Shown here piece after piece: positions 35,520 to 48,343 of a stretch of 59,356 nucleotides of DNA (position 1 is the stretch's first letter; the number at the start of each line of letters is the position of its first letter). The stretch spans positions 1 to 59,356 of the forward strand of contig JAHBMJ010000017.1 of the NCBI GenBank assembly GCA_018398765.1, read 5' to 3'. The stretch comes from Chromera velia. Taxonomy: Eukaryota. The position numbers were made by a program, and so were the translations under genes. A model generated the notes under the pieces. That model worked only from the letters and a program-made list of their open reading frames with translations. It was not told where the DNA came from and ran no database searches.

Positions 35520-36447
35520 GTATACAAATGTATACATATATCGCCGTTGAAGTCTTGCTTCAGCCTACCGTCTCTTGAAGTAGAGCTAGGATCTTGAACA
35601 AGACTTGCATGAACATGGACTGCCAGGAGCTAGGCTCCGACGGCTATAGTCATTCCTTCATTCATTCATTCATTCATATATACGTATCTCTTCCCAGCTC
35701 TGCATCTCTGTCTAGATCTCTGTCTAGATCTCTGTCTGTCAGTGTCTGATGGTCTCTGTGCCTGCCCATTATCTCTCTCACTCTCTGTCTCTCTCTCTTC
35801 CTCTCTCTTCCTCTCTCTTTGTGTGTCTCTGTCCCCGTCTCTCTCTCTCTCCCCCCCCCCCCCCTCNCCCCCCCCCCCTCTCACTGTGTGTGTGTCTGTG
35901 TGTGTGTGTGTGTGTATGTGTGTGTGTGTGTGAGTGTGTCTGTGTCTGCGTCCGTGTTTCTAGCCGTGTTTGTGTCTGTCTATCTGTGTATCTGTCTGTC
36001 TTTGTCTCTGTCTCTGTCTCTATCTCTTTGAAAGTTCCCTGTATGACAGTGTATGTAGTATATTAAAATAATTCTAATCATGATGCTTATCTAATTACAA
36101 AACCTATAGTACGTAGGAAACTTTAGTTGCAAATTCTTTTACTATATATAGTATTATACTAGTACAGTAGATGCGAGTTCACTTATTAAGGAACTTATGT
36201 ATCAAGTCCGTCCTTAAATGAAACATCTGCATGATCTATAGTTAAATTTGGCTTTCTGAGCTAGTTTCTGAGCCACTTTTAACTTTAAATTATATCATAT
36301 CCTAGATCATATTAAACTAGCTCAAATTAGGAGTCTAAGTGGTGGCTCACCGGCTATCATCTTTTTCTTTTTTTGTTTCTCTTCTTCTATTTCTTCTTTA
36401 ATTTCTCTCTAGATTTCTTTATGTTAGTCTTTATACTAGAGTTTACC

Positions 36448-37312
36448 CTAGGCGACGCACAGTGGTAAAAAAAATAAAAAAAATAGACCTTTCCAGATTT
36501 TTTTTTTTCTTTTTTTCTACGAAGGATTTCCTAGAGCACCTCTAGGAGCACCTTTTAGAGGTATTTTTAAAGTAACTTCCTCGCGAACTTATTACTCAAA
36601 AGTTTTAAACATCTTTCAACCCTAGTTTCAACCCTAGTTCTAGTCCTAGTTGTTATTGTACGTTTGTCTCTACTAGTGTCTTCAGACACAAAGACGCACA
36701 CACATATATATATGTCTGTAGTGGTTCTCTCAGACACATCTGACGTCCTTCTTGCTTCCCTCCTCTGAGGGATGCCGGGTGATGGACTAGGTGATGGACC
36801 AACTGAGTGTGAGAGACGAGGGAGACAGAGGGAGTGACCCAGTCCATCGTTTCACCATTCATGTTAATTAAAAAATGAATGAAGTCTGCATGTATGGCAC
36901 TGCACGCAGCGACCATCGTAAAAGGGGATTACACGGACGAAGGCGAGCGGGCGGGCGAAGGGAAAAGGGGGCTCTCTTTTGTCCTATGCAAAGAGTGATA
37001 AGAAGGATGGATGCATGGATGCAGACAGAAGAGCAGACAGAGGAGAAGTTCTTCGACTGGCTCTTTGACAATATCTAAGACGATATACATTTCGAAGCTC
37101 TAGTCGAAGCTAGTTTTGGTCATGCAATCCTTTTAAGCGTCTACTAAGCTAAAAGTGAAACTGGGATCCTAGATATGATTCAAACTCTAGTTGAAGCTAG
37201 TCATTTAACCTTTATTTTTTTTTACATATACAATAAAATTTTAAATTTTTTTTTAAAAAAAAGAATAGACTTTTTCACCATTTTTTTTTTTTAACCACTG
37301 TGCATCGCCTAG
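36448..37312. mobile_element. Non-autonomous TIR element with 8-bp TSD and GC-richer internal cargo
   Basis: ctaggcgacgcacagtggt / accactgtgcatcgcctag TIRs; flanks agtttacc / agtttact. Confidence 0.8.
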
Positions 37313-38023
37313 AGTTTACTATGCATCAAATGACTGCTTTAATCTAGGTCTTAACTAGGGCTTTAATGGTATTAATATCCTCTTTATGCCGTCACTGTGA
37401 CACTGTCTCAGTCTGTCTGATCATGACTCTGATGTTTCGATTTCTCTTTGATTTTTGCTTCAAGTTTATAAATTTAAATTATGTTGTATGATCTGGACCT
37501 TAATTAGTGACCAGATTTGATTTGATTTGATTTGAAGTAAGGCTTAACGTCAAATCAAATCTTAGGCTTGAGAAACTCTAACATGATAGAGCCTATCAAA
37601 TCCTATCAAATCTACTTTAAATCTGACCCTTTAACCTCAAATCTCTAGGATAACTCAAGTCTTAAAGTTGAACGAAGATGACTCTCTAGGATAACTCTAA
37701 GATAAAAACTTATGTAAAGTCTTAGCTTTGACAATAGCTCATTAATTTTGAGAGTCTTAATTTACCTTTTAGTCTAGTTTTTATAGTGATTTTCTTGTCT
37801 TTACGGCTTTCTAGGATTTGCTAAAAACAAAATCGACACCCTTCATGCACCACATGCATGTTCAGAATGCTCATGCAACGATGACGTACTCTCCGGAAGG
37901 CCTTCTCCAAATGTCTCCTTTCTCTTTTGATGCCAGTCTCCCCCAACAGTCTTCTCACTGCCAGTGGCACCAAGTACATGCATGTATCTGAGCTCTTCAG
38001 AATAGCTCACAAAAGATTTTGAA

Positions 38024-40045
38024 TCACGGACGCAGACGAGGCGTGTACATCAAATGCCAGTAATTGCCAGCAATTTCATACTCTAGGTCAGGCTGCTCCA
38101 AAGGGCGTCCGCACAAGAAACGGAAAAATCGAGGAAAGCTCGATGAGAGCACACAGAGAAATACTAGACGGCGGTAGAAGAGACTCAAACGTAAGAAGGG
38201 AATTTCAAAGCTTAAGATGTAGAACATCATAGCCAGGCGAAAAGCAAAGCAACAAAACGTCACCGCTCCTCGCCTCATCCCCGGACCACAATACCCCGGA
38301 CCCACCCCGAACAGTTTGTAAAGTCTCTTTGACAGAAAACAAGACACGGGGCAATGTACAACACAATACAGGTGATGCAACATCACAACAACTATTACAA
38401 GAACACAAAACAGTGAATTCCCCATCACACGGCCCTCCTCCAAATCTACCGTCAACATCACATGCAAAGCAGAAACAAAACAGATACACGCAACACAGTA
38501 TACAGCCGTCATAGAACACAAAGACGTGACTGCGAAAACTTGAGAGACAACAGCAGCACTGCAAACGCAAATTGCAAACGTAGTCAGGGAGCAAAAAAAC
38601 AGAGAGCCAGACACAGGTGTCCTCGCTACTTCCCGCACCGAATGAACAACCCCCACCCCGCCCTTCCACAAAGCGGGCCCTGTCTTCTCTGTCACCATGC
38701 GATACAACCTTATGAATCTAAGAACAACTCCAGAGAACAAGCGATAAAAACACAGAAAAATCGGGGAGAAAATTCTAGAAAACATATCACACACGCAGCA
38801 AAACACATACACCATGCAGGACACTATGATCATCGCGCCTTTCTCCCCTCCCCCCTCAGAGATCTTCTCCTTCCTTCCTTCCTTGTTGTTCCCCCCAGCA
38901 GACGCAGATGCGCTCCGAGGCAGAGACAGAGGCAGAGGAAGAGTGTCTGCTCTCTTGACCTCATTCCTCTAGGAGAAGCACCTGAGGTCTGAGAGAGACA
39001 TGACAGTTTCTTGGCTGCTGCGTCTCTTCCCTCTCCTTGCAGAGGCCGGAAAGTCAACTGGGAGTCTGCCAATGAGAGGAGAGGCGGGAGGGGATGAAGG
39101 AGAGCAGTGAGAAGAGGTCACAGCAGATTGAGAAGAGGGGGCTGCAGTCTGCTTTTCCTTCTCCTCCTCCTCTAGCTTCTTGATCGTCTCATTCAAGAGA
39201 GCCTGTGCATTCTGGAGCCTTGCAGTAAGAGCAACCACATAAAAGCCAAACGCAGTCCTCGTGTTCACACCCTCAAGCGCTTTCTCTTCCTCCATCCTTG
39301 CCAAACAATCCTTCATGTCTTTTACACTATCCAAAGTATCTTTCACGCAGAAATCTAGCTCTCTGTGGAACGCGAGACGAGGACTTTCAGGAAGAGATTC
39401 AGGGATGGAGATGTAGAGAGAAGGAGAGAGCACAGAGTCGGTGAGAGGCATTTCAATCTCAGAGAGCGTGGCAGAGAAAAGTTTGGTCACTTTCACGGAG
39501 TCTGACTTGCCTTCCCATGTCTCATTCTTGTTCTGCCCTTCCTCTCCTTCTTTTTTGATTTGCTGCTTCTTGAGAACGAGGAAGAGGGCCAAAGCGAGAG
39601 CGACACATAGCACAGAGAGAAATGCAATGATGATCATTGAGAGAAAGCCGGAATCACGGGAGTCAGAGAGAGCGAATGAAGAGAACAGAAATTCAAAGAG
39701 AGACAAGGAAATCCAGAGAGCATCAGAGAACAATTCGAAGAGAACAAACATGAACGCACAAAAAAATTTAAAAAGAGACAAAAGAAGAGACCATAGAGAT
39801 GCTGAAGGGATGACCGTCATTGTTTTACTGCAAAGAGATCCAAGCGAATTGAAAACAGTCATTGACATCATGCATATGGTTGGAGCACCTGCTGGGGGGA
39901 GAGCTTCAGGCTGATAAGTCAAAACACGCGGGACAGAAGAAGACCACAAAACGTTCATGAACATGAAAAGAAGCTCTCCCTCCAGCAGGTTGCGCCCCTC
40001 TCCTTTAAAGCTGGAGAGGGGCAGTGAGGACTGTCTCATGAGCAT
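38024..40045 (-). pseudogene. Intronless 673-codon multi-pass membrane protein ORF with one in-frame TAG
   Basis: ORFs 38969-40045 and 38024-38833 are in the same frame, with only the TAG at 38969-38971 between them. Confidence 0.55.
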
Positions 40046-40162
40046 TCGAGATTTGGGTCGAATGAAGGAGACAGGAGCCTCGCCCGCAACCTGCTGGGGA
40101 TTTGTCGCAGGACTGCTACTACCTCATGCATCATCGAGGAAAGAGAGTCAGTAACCGCCTCC

Positions 40163-40425
40163 GAGTGAACAGAGGGGGAAACGTCAAAAGAGAAGAGAGA
40201 AAAAGGAAGACCCTCTGAGTAAACAGAGGGGGAAAGGTAAAAAGAGAAGACGGAAAAAGGAAGACCCTCTGAGTGAACAGGGGGGGAAAGATTAAAAGAA
40301 AAGAGAGAAAAAGGAAGACCCTCTGAGTGAACAGAGGGGGAAAGGTCAAAAGAAAAGAGAGAAAAAGGAAGACCCTCTGAGTGAACAGAGGGGGAAAGAT
40401 TAAAAGACGAGAGGGAAAAAAGAGA
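40163..40425 (+). repeat. 54-bp tandem repeat, about 5 copies
   Basis: gagtgaacagagggggaaa...gaaaaaggaagaccctct at 40163, 40217, 40271, 40325 and 40379. Confidence 0.92.
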
Positions 40426-40844
40426 AGAAGAGCTGTCAAGTCAATGGGAAGCAGGCCATATCGATGCCACACTCCCCGCCCGACTGACTCATGTATATGC
40501 AATTCACAACACCTTCACTCACACCCATGCGGGTAAGACCGGCACTTTGGCTCTGGTCGCTCATGAAGTTCACAGCAAACATGCACATGAAGCGGCCATG
40601 GATGTACATGCAGTCATACATGAAGTGCAGACAGTCACTCCCCCCCTCCCCTTCTTTTGTACAAACGTGGGGAGGGCTCATTGGCCACGCTCCTCCGTCC
40701 CACAGAAAGCACTCTGTCTCCCCTCTCCTCTCTCCAGGCACACACAGGCTCAAACCCTCCTGTGTGGCCCATTGCTCTCTCTCGGAGCAGGCAGCCGAGA
40801 ACGGGTCTTTGCCATCGTCCTCTAGGCCGCCTCCCCTTGCTCCC

Positions 40845-40963
40845 TTGTGGGGAACCACTCCCCCCACGTGACTGGTTGTCGGGTCCAGGGCGGCGGTGGC
40901 GGTCCCGCAGCAGGCAGTCTCTGTCATCCCAAACGCCTCCATCATGGGGCAGCAGAAGCAGAC
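40845..40963 (-). pseudogene. Orphan exon of a long-chain acyl-CoA synthetase (AMP-binding family)
   Basis: An AG acceptor is followed by VCFCCPMMEAFGMTETACCGT...SHVGGVVPH, matching the EGYGMTET...GHVG motif. No other exons recognised. Confidence 0.65.
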
Positions 40964-42380
40964 CTGCAGACAGGAAGCATTCCATTGTTACATGAGTACA
41001 TGGGCACATTTGCTTGAGGGGGGAGAGGAGCAAAGGGAGGCATGAAGGGTACAGAGGTGAAATAAGGGGAAGGATCAGGAGGCAGTTATGTGTGTTGCTT
41101 ACATGCATAATCGGTTAGCTGCCTGTGCTTGATTGCAACAAGTCTACAGCGGAATCGGGAAAGGGATCGTCGTTCACTCATACCGTTGGAAGGTTTAGCA
41201 TCTCTGAGTAGACAGACGGAGCCTTCACTTTCTTTACCTCTCTCTTTAGACCTGTCAGTGCCTCAATAAAACAGTCAGGTGCGAAATAATCGGATAAGCA
41301 TGCTGGCCGATATAGCTATCTAGAAGAAGAACGGCATGATATATAAAGGGAAGGGCAGAGAGATCATGCATGTGAGGGCAGCATACCACTTCCGGTTCCT
41401 CGAAGTCCTTCATGGAGAGAAAGTTCGGCTCTCTCGGGAAGATGGGGGGGCTACTCGAGGCCTGCACACATACTCATGCAACATATACGCTTTTGTAGGC
41501 AAGCACACGTTGTCTTGAAGCCGTCAAGAAGTTCATGTGCATTCCAGAAATGAGGTAGAAGCTTCAGTTTGAAGCACATGAAGGCTGTGGGTGTCACAGA
41601 AGGAAGGTAGCATCGCTCCCAAGCCTCGTCCACACATGATATTCATACAGGTGAGCAACACGTGAGCAACAGACGTCTGTTAATTGCCATTTTTCAGTCA
41701 GAGCAGACAGGGACAGGAAGACGCCCCGTCTACCAACCAAACGCATGGATGAGAGAGCATGCACGTGCATGAATAGACTCCTTGGAAGTAAGTGAAGCGA
41801 TTCGTGAGTGGCGTGTCCGTTCTGACGGGGATCTCTTCTCTGTGTTGCAACTATTCGGCTGTTGTTATCTGTTGTATGCGGATACGAATGTGACTCAAGG
41901 AACCGATTCACTTGTGCTATAACCACATTGATTCCCAAAACATAAGCTCTCTTCGGGATGTTCTTCACCTTGCAGACGGCGTTTTCATTGTGATGGGGGG
42001 CAGCCGCCCCCAGTTCTGCGAGTGCAGCGGCACACCACAGAAACAAGAACATACTGGCGAAATCGTGGTTCTCTGTAGGACGATCTTCTCTTTCAAAGCA
42101 TGCAGATTTCGGGCTCACTGACTCAATTGTAACCTAAAAGCTTTGCTCAGAAGAGAATTGAACACATTAAGCCAACAAGAGCTCAAATCTTCTTTGTGTT
42201 TGAGTAAACTTCTTCGATGCATCTTCAATTTCCCTGCTCTCTATCTTATTGGATCCGATTGGCGCCAACTTTTTTGTTCAAGAGAGAAGACCCGAAAACA
42301 GTGGGCGCGGGCGGTCCCGTACATCAAATTAAACCTCAGAACCGAAACTGCGTGCACATGCGCAAACCCCTATAGCTGTA

Positions 42381-45234
42381 ACGCCAGGCCATACCGACAA
42401 TGAACACTAGCGTACATATTCCTACCACAGAGAGGTCCGAAAGGTTTAAATATCGTGAACATCAAACAATCAGAAACGGTTACAGTCTGTGTGGATGCAC
42501 TGTCTCTGCATGCATGAACATACAGGGGAAAAACCCACTAAACATACAAACAGAGGCTCCGCCTGGCTTTTCAGAGTCGTGTGGGGGACTGCCTGCCTGC
42601 AGGGATACACATGCATGCATAGAGTCCAAAATCGCTCAGAGAGGAGTACCAGTCTATGCATGCACAGCTGCTTTCGTTGCCTACCTATCCCGTTCCTCAC
42701 TGGACTGTAGCAGCCCGAGCCACAGATCTTTGCAGTTATGACTGAAAAAAATGATCCCCTACCTGGCTGTGTAGTGTGAGCATGCAGTTGACAGAGGAGA
42801 CGGACATGCTGCTCTGGCTCATCTAAATCTGTTTGTTTGAGTGTCTAACTGTTGACTTCTTGTGGTATGGACCCCATGTGTTCTGAAGTACTCTTGTCAC
42901 ACTTTCATTTGCCATGGTGATTGATTGGTGCAAGAGAGAATACATACCCATATGAAGCATCGCTACTTTCAAACAGAATACATGCAGACATACATACATG
43001 CAGATAGACCGTTCGATGCATCCAAGTCAAAAATTGATTAAAAGAGTTAGATGGCCCCAAAGAGCAGTGTTACGGTTGTCCCGCAGTGTTCATTCTCGGT
43101 ATGGCCTCGCGGCCTGAGTGGTCATTTCAGGAAATAGAAAAGGCATGACAGAGCCATTAAAGGTAAACAAATAGAGCAGTGCCACTATCTCAAAAAGGGT
43201 TTCAAACAATTAGAGGGTTTCATGGTATGAGTGAGAGAGAAGCGAAAGTGTCTTTAAGAGTGCCCTGCTGCAGGTGGAAAAGGGGGGGGGTCAACCGTAC
43301 TGACAAGTTGCTGACCTCTTTCAATGAAGAAATAGGGAGGCCAGACAGCAAACACCTGCATTGAGGTACAGTGCAGCAAATATGTGTAGATACGCTCTGA
43401 TGGCATGCAGGTCGCAGTCCTTCCCGAAATGACCCCTCACGACGCCAGGCCATACCGACAATGAACACTAGCGTACATATTCCTACCACAGAGAGGTCCG
43501 AAAGGTTTAAATATCGTGAACATCAAACAATCAGAAACGGTTACAGTCTGTGTGGATGCACTGTCTCTGCATGCATGAACATACAGGGGAAAAACCCACT
43601 AAACATACAAACAGAGGCTCCGCCCGGCTTTTTAGAGTCGTGTGGGGGATTGCCTGCCTGCAGGGATACACATGCATGCATAGAGTCCAAAATCGCTTAG
43701 AGAGGAGTACCAGTCTGTGCATGCACAGCTGCTTTCGTTGCCTACCTATCCCGTTCCTTACTGAACTGTAGCAGCCCGAGCCACAGATCTTTGCAGTTAT
43801 GACTAAAAAAAAAGATCCCCTACCTGGCTGTGTGGTGTGAGCATGCAGTTGACAGAGAAGACGGACATGCTGCTCTGGCTCATCTAAATCTGTTTGTTTG
43901 AGTGTCTAACTGTTAACTTCTTGTAGTATGGACCCCATGTGTTCTGAAGTACTCTTCTCACACTTTCATTTGCCATGGTGATTGATTGGTGCAAGAGAGA
44001 ATACATACCCATATGAAGCATCACTCCTTTCAAACAGAATACATGCAGACATACATACATGCAGATAGACCGTTCGATACATCCAAGTCAAAAATTGATT
44101 AAAAGAGTTAGATGGCCCCAAAGAGCAGTGTTACGGTTGTCCCGCAGTGTTCATTCTCGGTATGGCCTCGCGGCCTGAGTGGTCATTTCAGGAAATAGAA
44201 AAGGCATGACAGAGCCATTAAAGGTAAACAAATAGAGCAGTGCCACTATCTCAAAAAGGGTTTCAAACAATTAGAGGGTTTCATGGTATGAGTGAGAGAG
44301 AAGCGAAAGTGTCTTTAAGAGTGCCCTGCTGCAGGTGGAAAAGGGGGGGGGTCAACCGTACTGACAAGTTGCTGACCTCTTTCAATGAAGAAATAGGGAG
44401 GCCAGACAGCAAACACCTGCATTGAGGTACAATGCAGCAAATATATGTAGATACGCTCTGATGGTATGCAGGTCGTAGTCCTTCCCGAAATGACCCCTCA
44501 CGACGCCAGGCCATACCGACAATGAACACTAGCGTACATATTCCTACCACAGAGAGGTCCGAAAGGTTTAAATATCGTGAACATCAAACAATCAGAAACG
44601 GTTACAGTCTATGTGGATGCACTGTCTCTGCATGCATGAACATACAGAGGAAAAACCTACTAAACATACAAACAGAGGCTCCGCCTGGCTTTTCAGAGTC
44701 GTGTGGGGGACTGCCTGCCTGCAGGGATACACATGCATGCATAGAGTCCAAAATCGCTCAGAGAGGAGTACCAGTCTGTGCATACACAGCTGCTTTCGTT
44801 GCCTACCTATCCCATTCCTCACTGGACTGTAGCAGCCCGAGCCACAGATCTTTGCAGTTATGACTGAAAAAAATGATCCCCTACCTGGCTGTGTAGTGTG
44901 AGCATGCAGTTGACAGAGGAGACGGACATGCTGCTCTGGCTCATCTAAATCTGTTTGTTTGAGTGTCTAACTGTTGACTTCTTGTGGTATGGACCCTATG
45001 TGTTCTAAAGTACTCTTGTCACACTTTCATTTGCCATGGTGATTGATTGGTGCAAGAGAGAATACATACCCATATGAAGCATCGCTATTTTCAAACAGAA
45101 TACATGTAGACATACATACATGCAGATAAACTGTTCGATGCATCCAAGTCAAAAATTGATTAAAAGAGTTAGATGGCCCCAAAGAGCAGTGTTACGGTTG
45201 TCCCGCAGTGTTCATTCTCGGTATGGCCTCGCGG
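42381..45234. mobile_element. 1061-bp-period array: three 732-bp TIR modules separated by two 329-bp spacers, TA at the outer ends
   Basis: Modules 42381-43112, 43442-44173 and 44503-45234. TIRs cgccaggccataccgacaatgaacact / agtgttcattctcggtatggcctcgcg. TA at 42379 and 45235. Confidence 0.88.
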
Positions 45235-48200
45235 TAGTAGTAGGATCGGGCGGTGAGCTCAATATCATCATCTGCATGTGTACGCGTGCACTCATTTATT
45301 ATAGTATTATAGTCTGAGGGGCTTGCACTTGCAACAGATTGGCCGTAATAGACGGACAGGACCTATGCCTAGGCAAGATGCATACTGGTTCGACAAAGGA
45401 CCAGAGAGACACTAAAAGACATTATATAAATATGTCATACATGGGGATGCGGCATGTATGACAAAACCCTCTAAAACGAGGGTTCGTGGATGCATAGCAT
45501 GTCCCAGCATACTAGCCGTTAGTTCGCATGGTATTGGATATCATGCCTAGGACAGTTTCTTCCTAATCTACCCTAATCTATCCACCCTTAGTTTCTGACT
45601 CTGCCTACCTCTCTATCATATTTTTTTTCCAAGTTTCTCTTTTACATCAACTTCAATCGTCCCTGCCGGCCCGAAATTGACCCAGAATCACTTAACGCAC
45701 TCTCAAGCAACGACTTTTCAACAAACGACTCTTCTTGTCCGATTCTTTTCTCTCTCCAACCTTTTACTTCTTTATGCTTCTCCGTCGTTCTCCGTCCATT
45801 CAATCAGCTCGGTCTTCACTTCACCCTGTCCTTCACTCGCTGTTGGCGCCCCCTGTTCCTTGTGTGGGGACAGAGAACGCTACCACGTCGCGAGCTAACA
45901 ATGGCTCTGCTTGGAAAGGACCCCTTCTCCCTCTCCATGAGTGAATAGAAGAAAGCACGTTTGCTACCACAAATCTCCACAAGGTGCACAACAAAATTTT
46001 GAAGCTTTAAAACCCTCAATCAAAGTAAAAAAAAAAGAAAAAATCATGATTCATGTATTGTTGATCTGCATGCTACTGCATGCTCTTTTTCTTCCTTGCT
46101 CCATATGGATGGACTCGTCTTGTCTCATCTCGTCTTACTACTATGGTCTTAGTAGAGTGATTTAGACTGAATCAACCTCCCTGCTAGCCTCCCTGAACCT
46201 AATTACCACTTATTACCACTTGAAAGTTTAAGCGGCATTTTTGGATAAGGTTGAAAGTTTGTGCCAGAGACGCGGATCATTTACGGTGTCTTGAAAGCCA
46301 AAGCCGCTTGTCTGAACAGTGTCTTGACCGTATACACCACAAATGTGGACGATCTCTTGAAAAACGATGCCGCAGATAGAGATCATCTTGATTATATTTT
46401 TTTAAGTGGTACTTAGGTTCAGGAAGGTTACTGAGTACGTACGGTGCCTGAACTTCTGTCAATGAATTATTAATGCAATCATTTATCATGCAACCAAGTG
46501 CAACACTATGTAACACCCTGCTATTAAGAAAATAACTGTATGAAATGAATAGAAAATAGTCAAAAAACTGTCAAAAAACAAAGCAGCTTAAACTAGTATA
46601 AACAAGTTTGAACAAGTACACGGATAGGTGACAACACTATATGTTGCAAGTAGTTGCAAGCTAGGTTGCACGACTTGTTTACGTTCTTGTTTTCTTATAC
46701 TCAGCCTTACGATTGTCACATGTCAAATATATCAAATTATATAAATTTTTTTTTGAGTAAAACTGCTGGGATCAGCCTTTTCAGACATCTTTTCTAGCAT
46801 TTTTTTAAAAAATTATCGTTAAAGGTTTGTCGTTTGGTTCGATATGCATGGCAGCCGCGTGCCCATATAAACTTGAAGAGGGGGACTCAACATAAAAATG
46901 TATATATATACATAAACTTTAGATATATTGAATACAAACAAATTAATATTATACTGTAGTAATTCAAAAGAATAGTTTAGGTCTTTAAGAACTAGATTAA
47001 CGCCGATTCAACTTGAACGGTATCATCAACCTAAATACCAGATCTGGCATCAAACACATATACCAAACGGTAGCCTAAACCATGAATCAATGTTATAGTA
47101 TAACTATCATTAAACTTTCTTAAATTAATTTGAGTTCAACTTAGAGTTCAACTTTGAATTTTAAACTTTAAAATGCTTTGTATTTTAAAGTTAACAAAAA
47201 TCAGATCCTTCAAAATATGTTAATTCAATATATTTTAAATTAACGATTCGTTCATAATTAGAACAAAGAAGATAATAATGAAATTTTACTAGTGAATAAA
47301 ATTCTGAAGGACTCAGAAGGAGTCTTTAATGAGAGCAGTAACTTAGTAGTTTAAGCTACTTTAACGTAGCATTATATAAACCCGGGTCCAATAAAACGAA
47401 AGCATGGTTGCAAAGGAGGACCATACATCCCACTGAGCAACTTCCCTTCGCTTTTCTGGTGGTACACGCAAGAGGCGGCGGATTACAGCGGGTGCCAGCC
47501 AGATGGACCATGATGGACCCATCAGTGGCCATCCGGAAAGAACAGCTAGAAACCTTCCTCCTTTCTTGCTCGTGCATGTAAGCTTGTCACTGTAGTAATA
47601 ATGCTACACATGACAACCGATAGTGCAACTTTGAACCAGTTCTTGTCACTATCGCGGGTTACTTTTTGAAAATTGGAAGGCTAGCTGGAGGGCCAACCTC
47701 AAAGCGGTATCAGGGCCTCTCTCTCACCGAGTCTCTCTCTTTCTCCTTGTTTCTCCCTCCTTCCTCCTCCTTAATATCTCTTTTAGAGCCCTCCGCCCCC
47801 TCTCTCCCGCACTCAAGCACTCCTAATACGACTTGACTCTGTTGATGATTGCAGCCATCACTATCAGGCAGGCAGCCTTCCAGAAGTCTTTTGCTTCCAG
47901 TCAGCTGACGTGTGGTGCTGCTGAGTTGCTCCAGATTGAATTTGTGTCTGCAATGAATATGGGTGCGCCTGGAGGGGACGAACGAACGGACCCGCTTGCT
48001 TGAAGGACGAAAGTGAGGTCGGAGTGTGTCTAGATAACCGGGAGGGAACGTTCTCTTGAAGAGAGCATAAGGGAAGGGAGAATCCGAAAGGGATCCGAGA
48101 GAGGAAGGGAATAGGAGGGAAGGAAAGCAGGAGGGAGACGGTTCGGAGCTTTCACTCCTCAAACGCGGTCATGCACGTGCAAAAAGTACTCTCTCGGCCC

Positions 48201-48343
48201 ACACCTACAGCAGGCCTTCACTCACTCACTCACTCAGGCACTCACTCAATGACCCTCTCACTCAATCACTCACGTATTCGACTGTCACTACTACGCAAAG
48301 TCACTTGATCTCTCTCGCCCTTCTCTTTCTCTTATTTATTCAT

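Noticed and set aside
36458..36495. CACAGTG in the TIR as a RAG/Transib recombination-signal heptamer
   Set aside because: The heptamer is 10 bp internal rather than terminal, there is no ACAAAAACC nonamer, and the TSD is 8 bp rather than 5.
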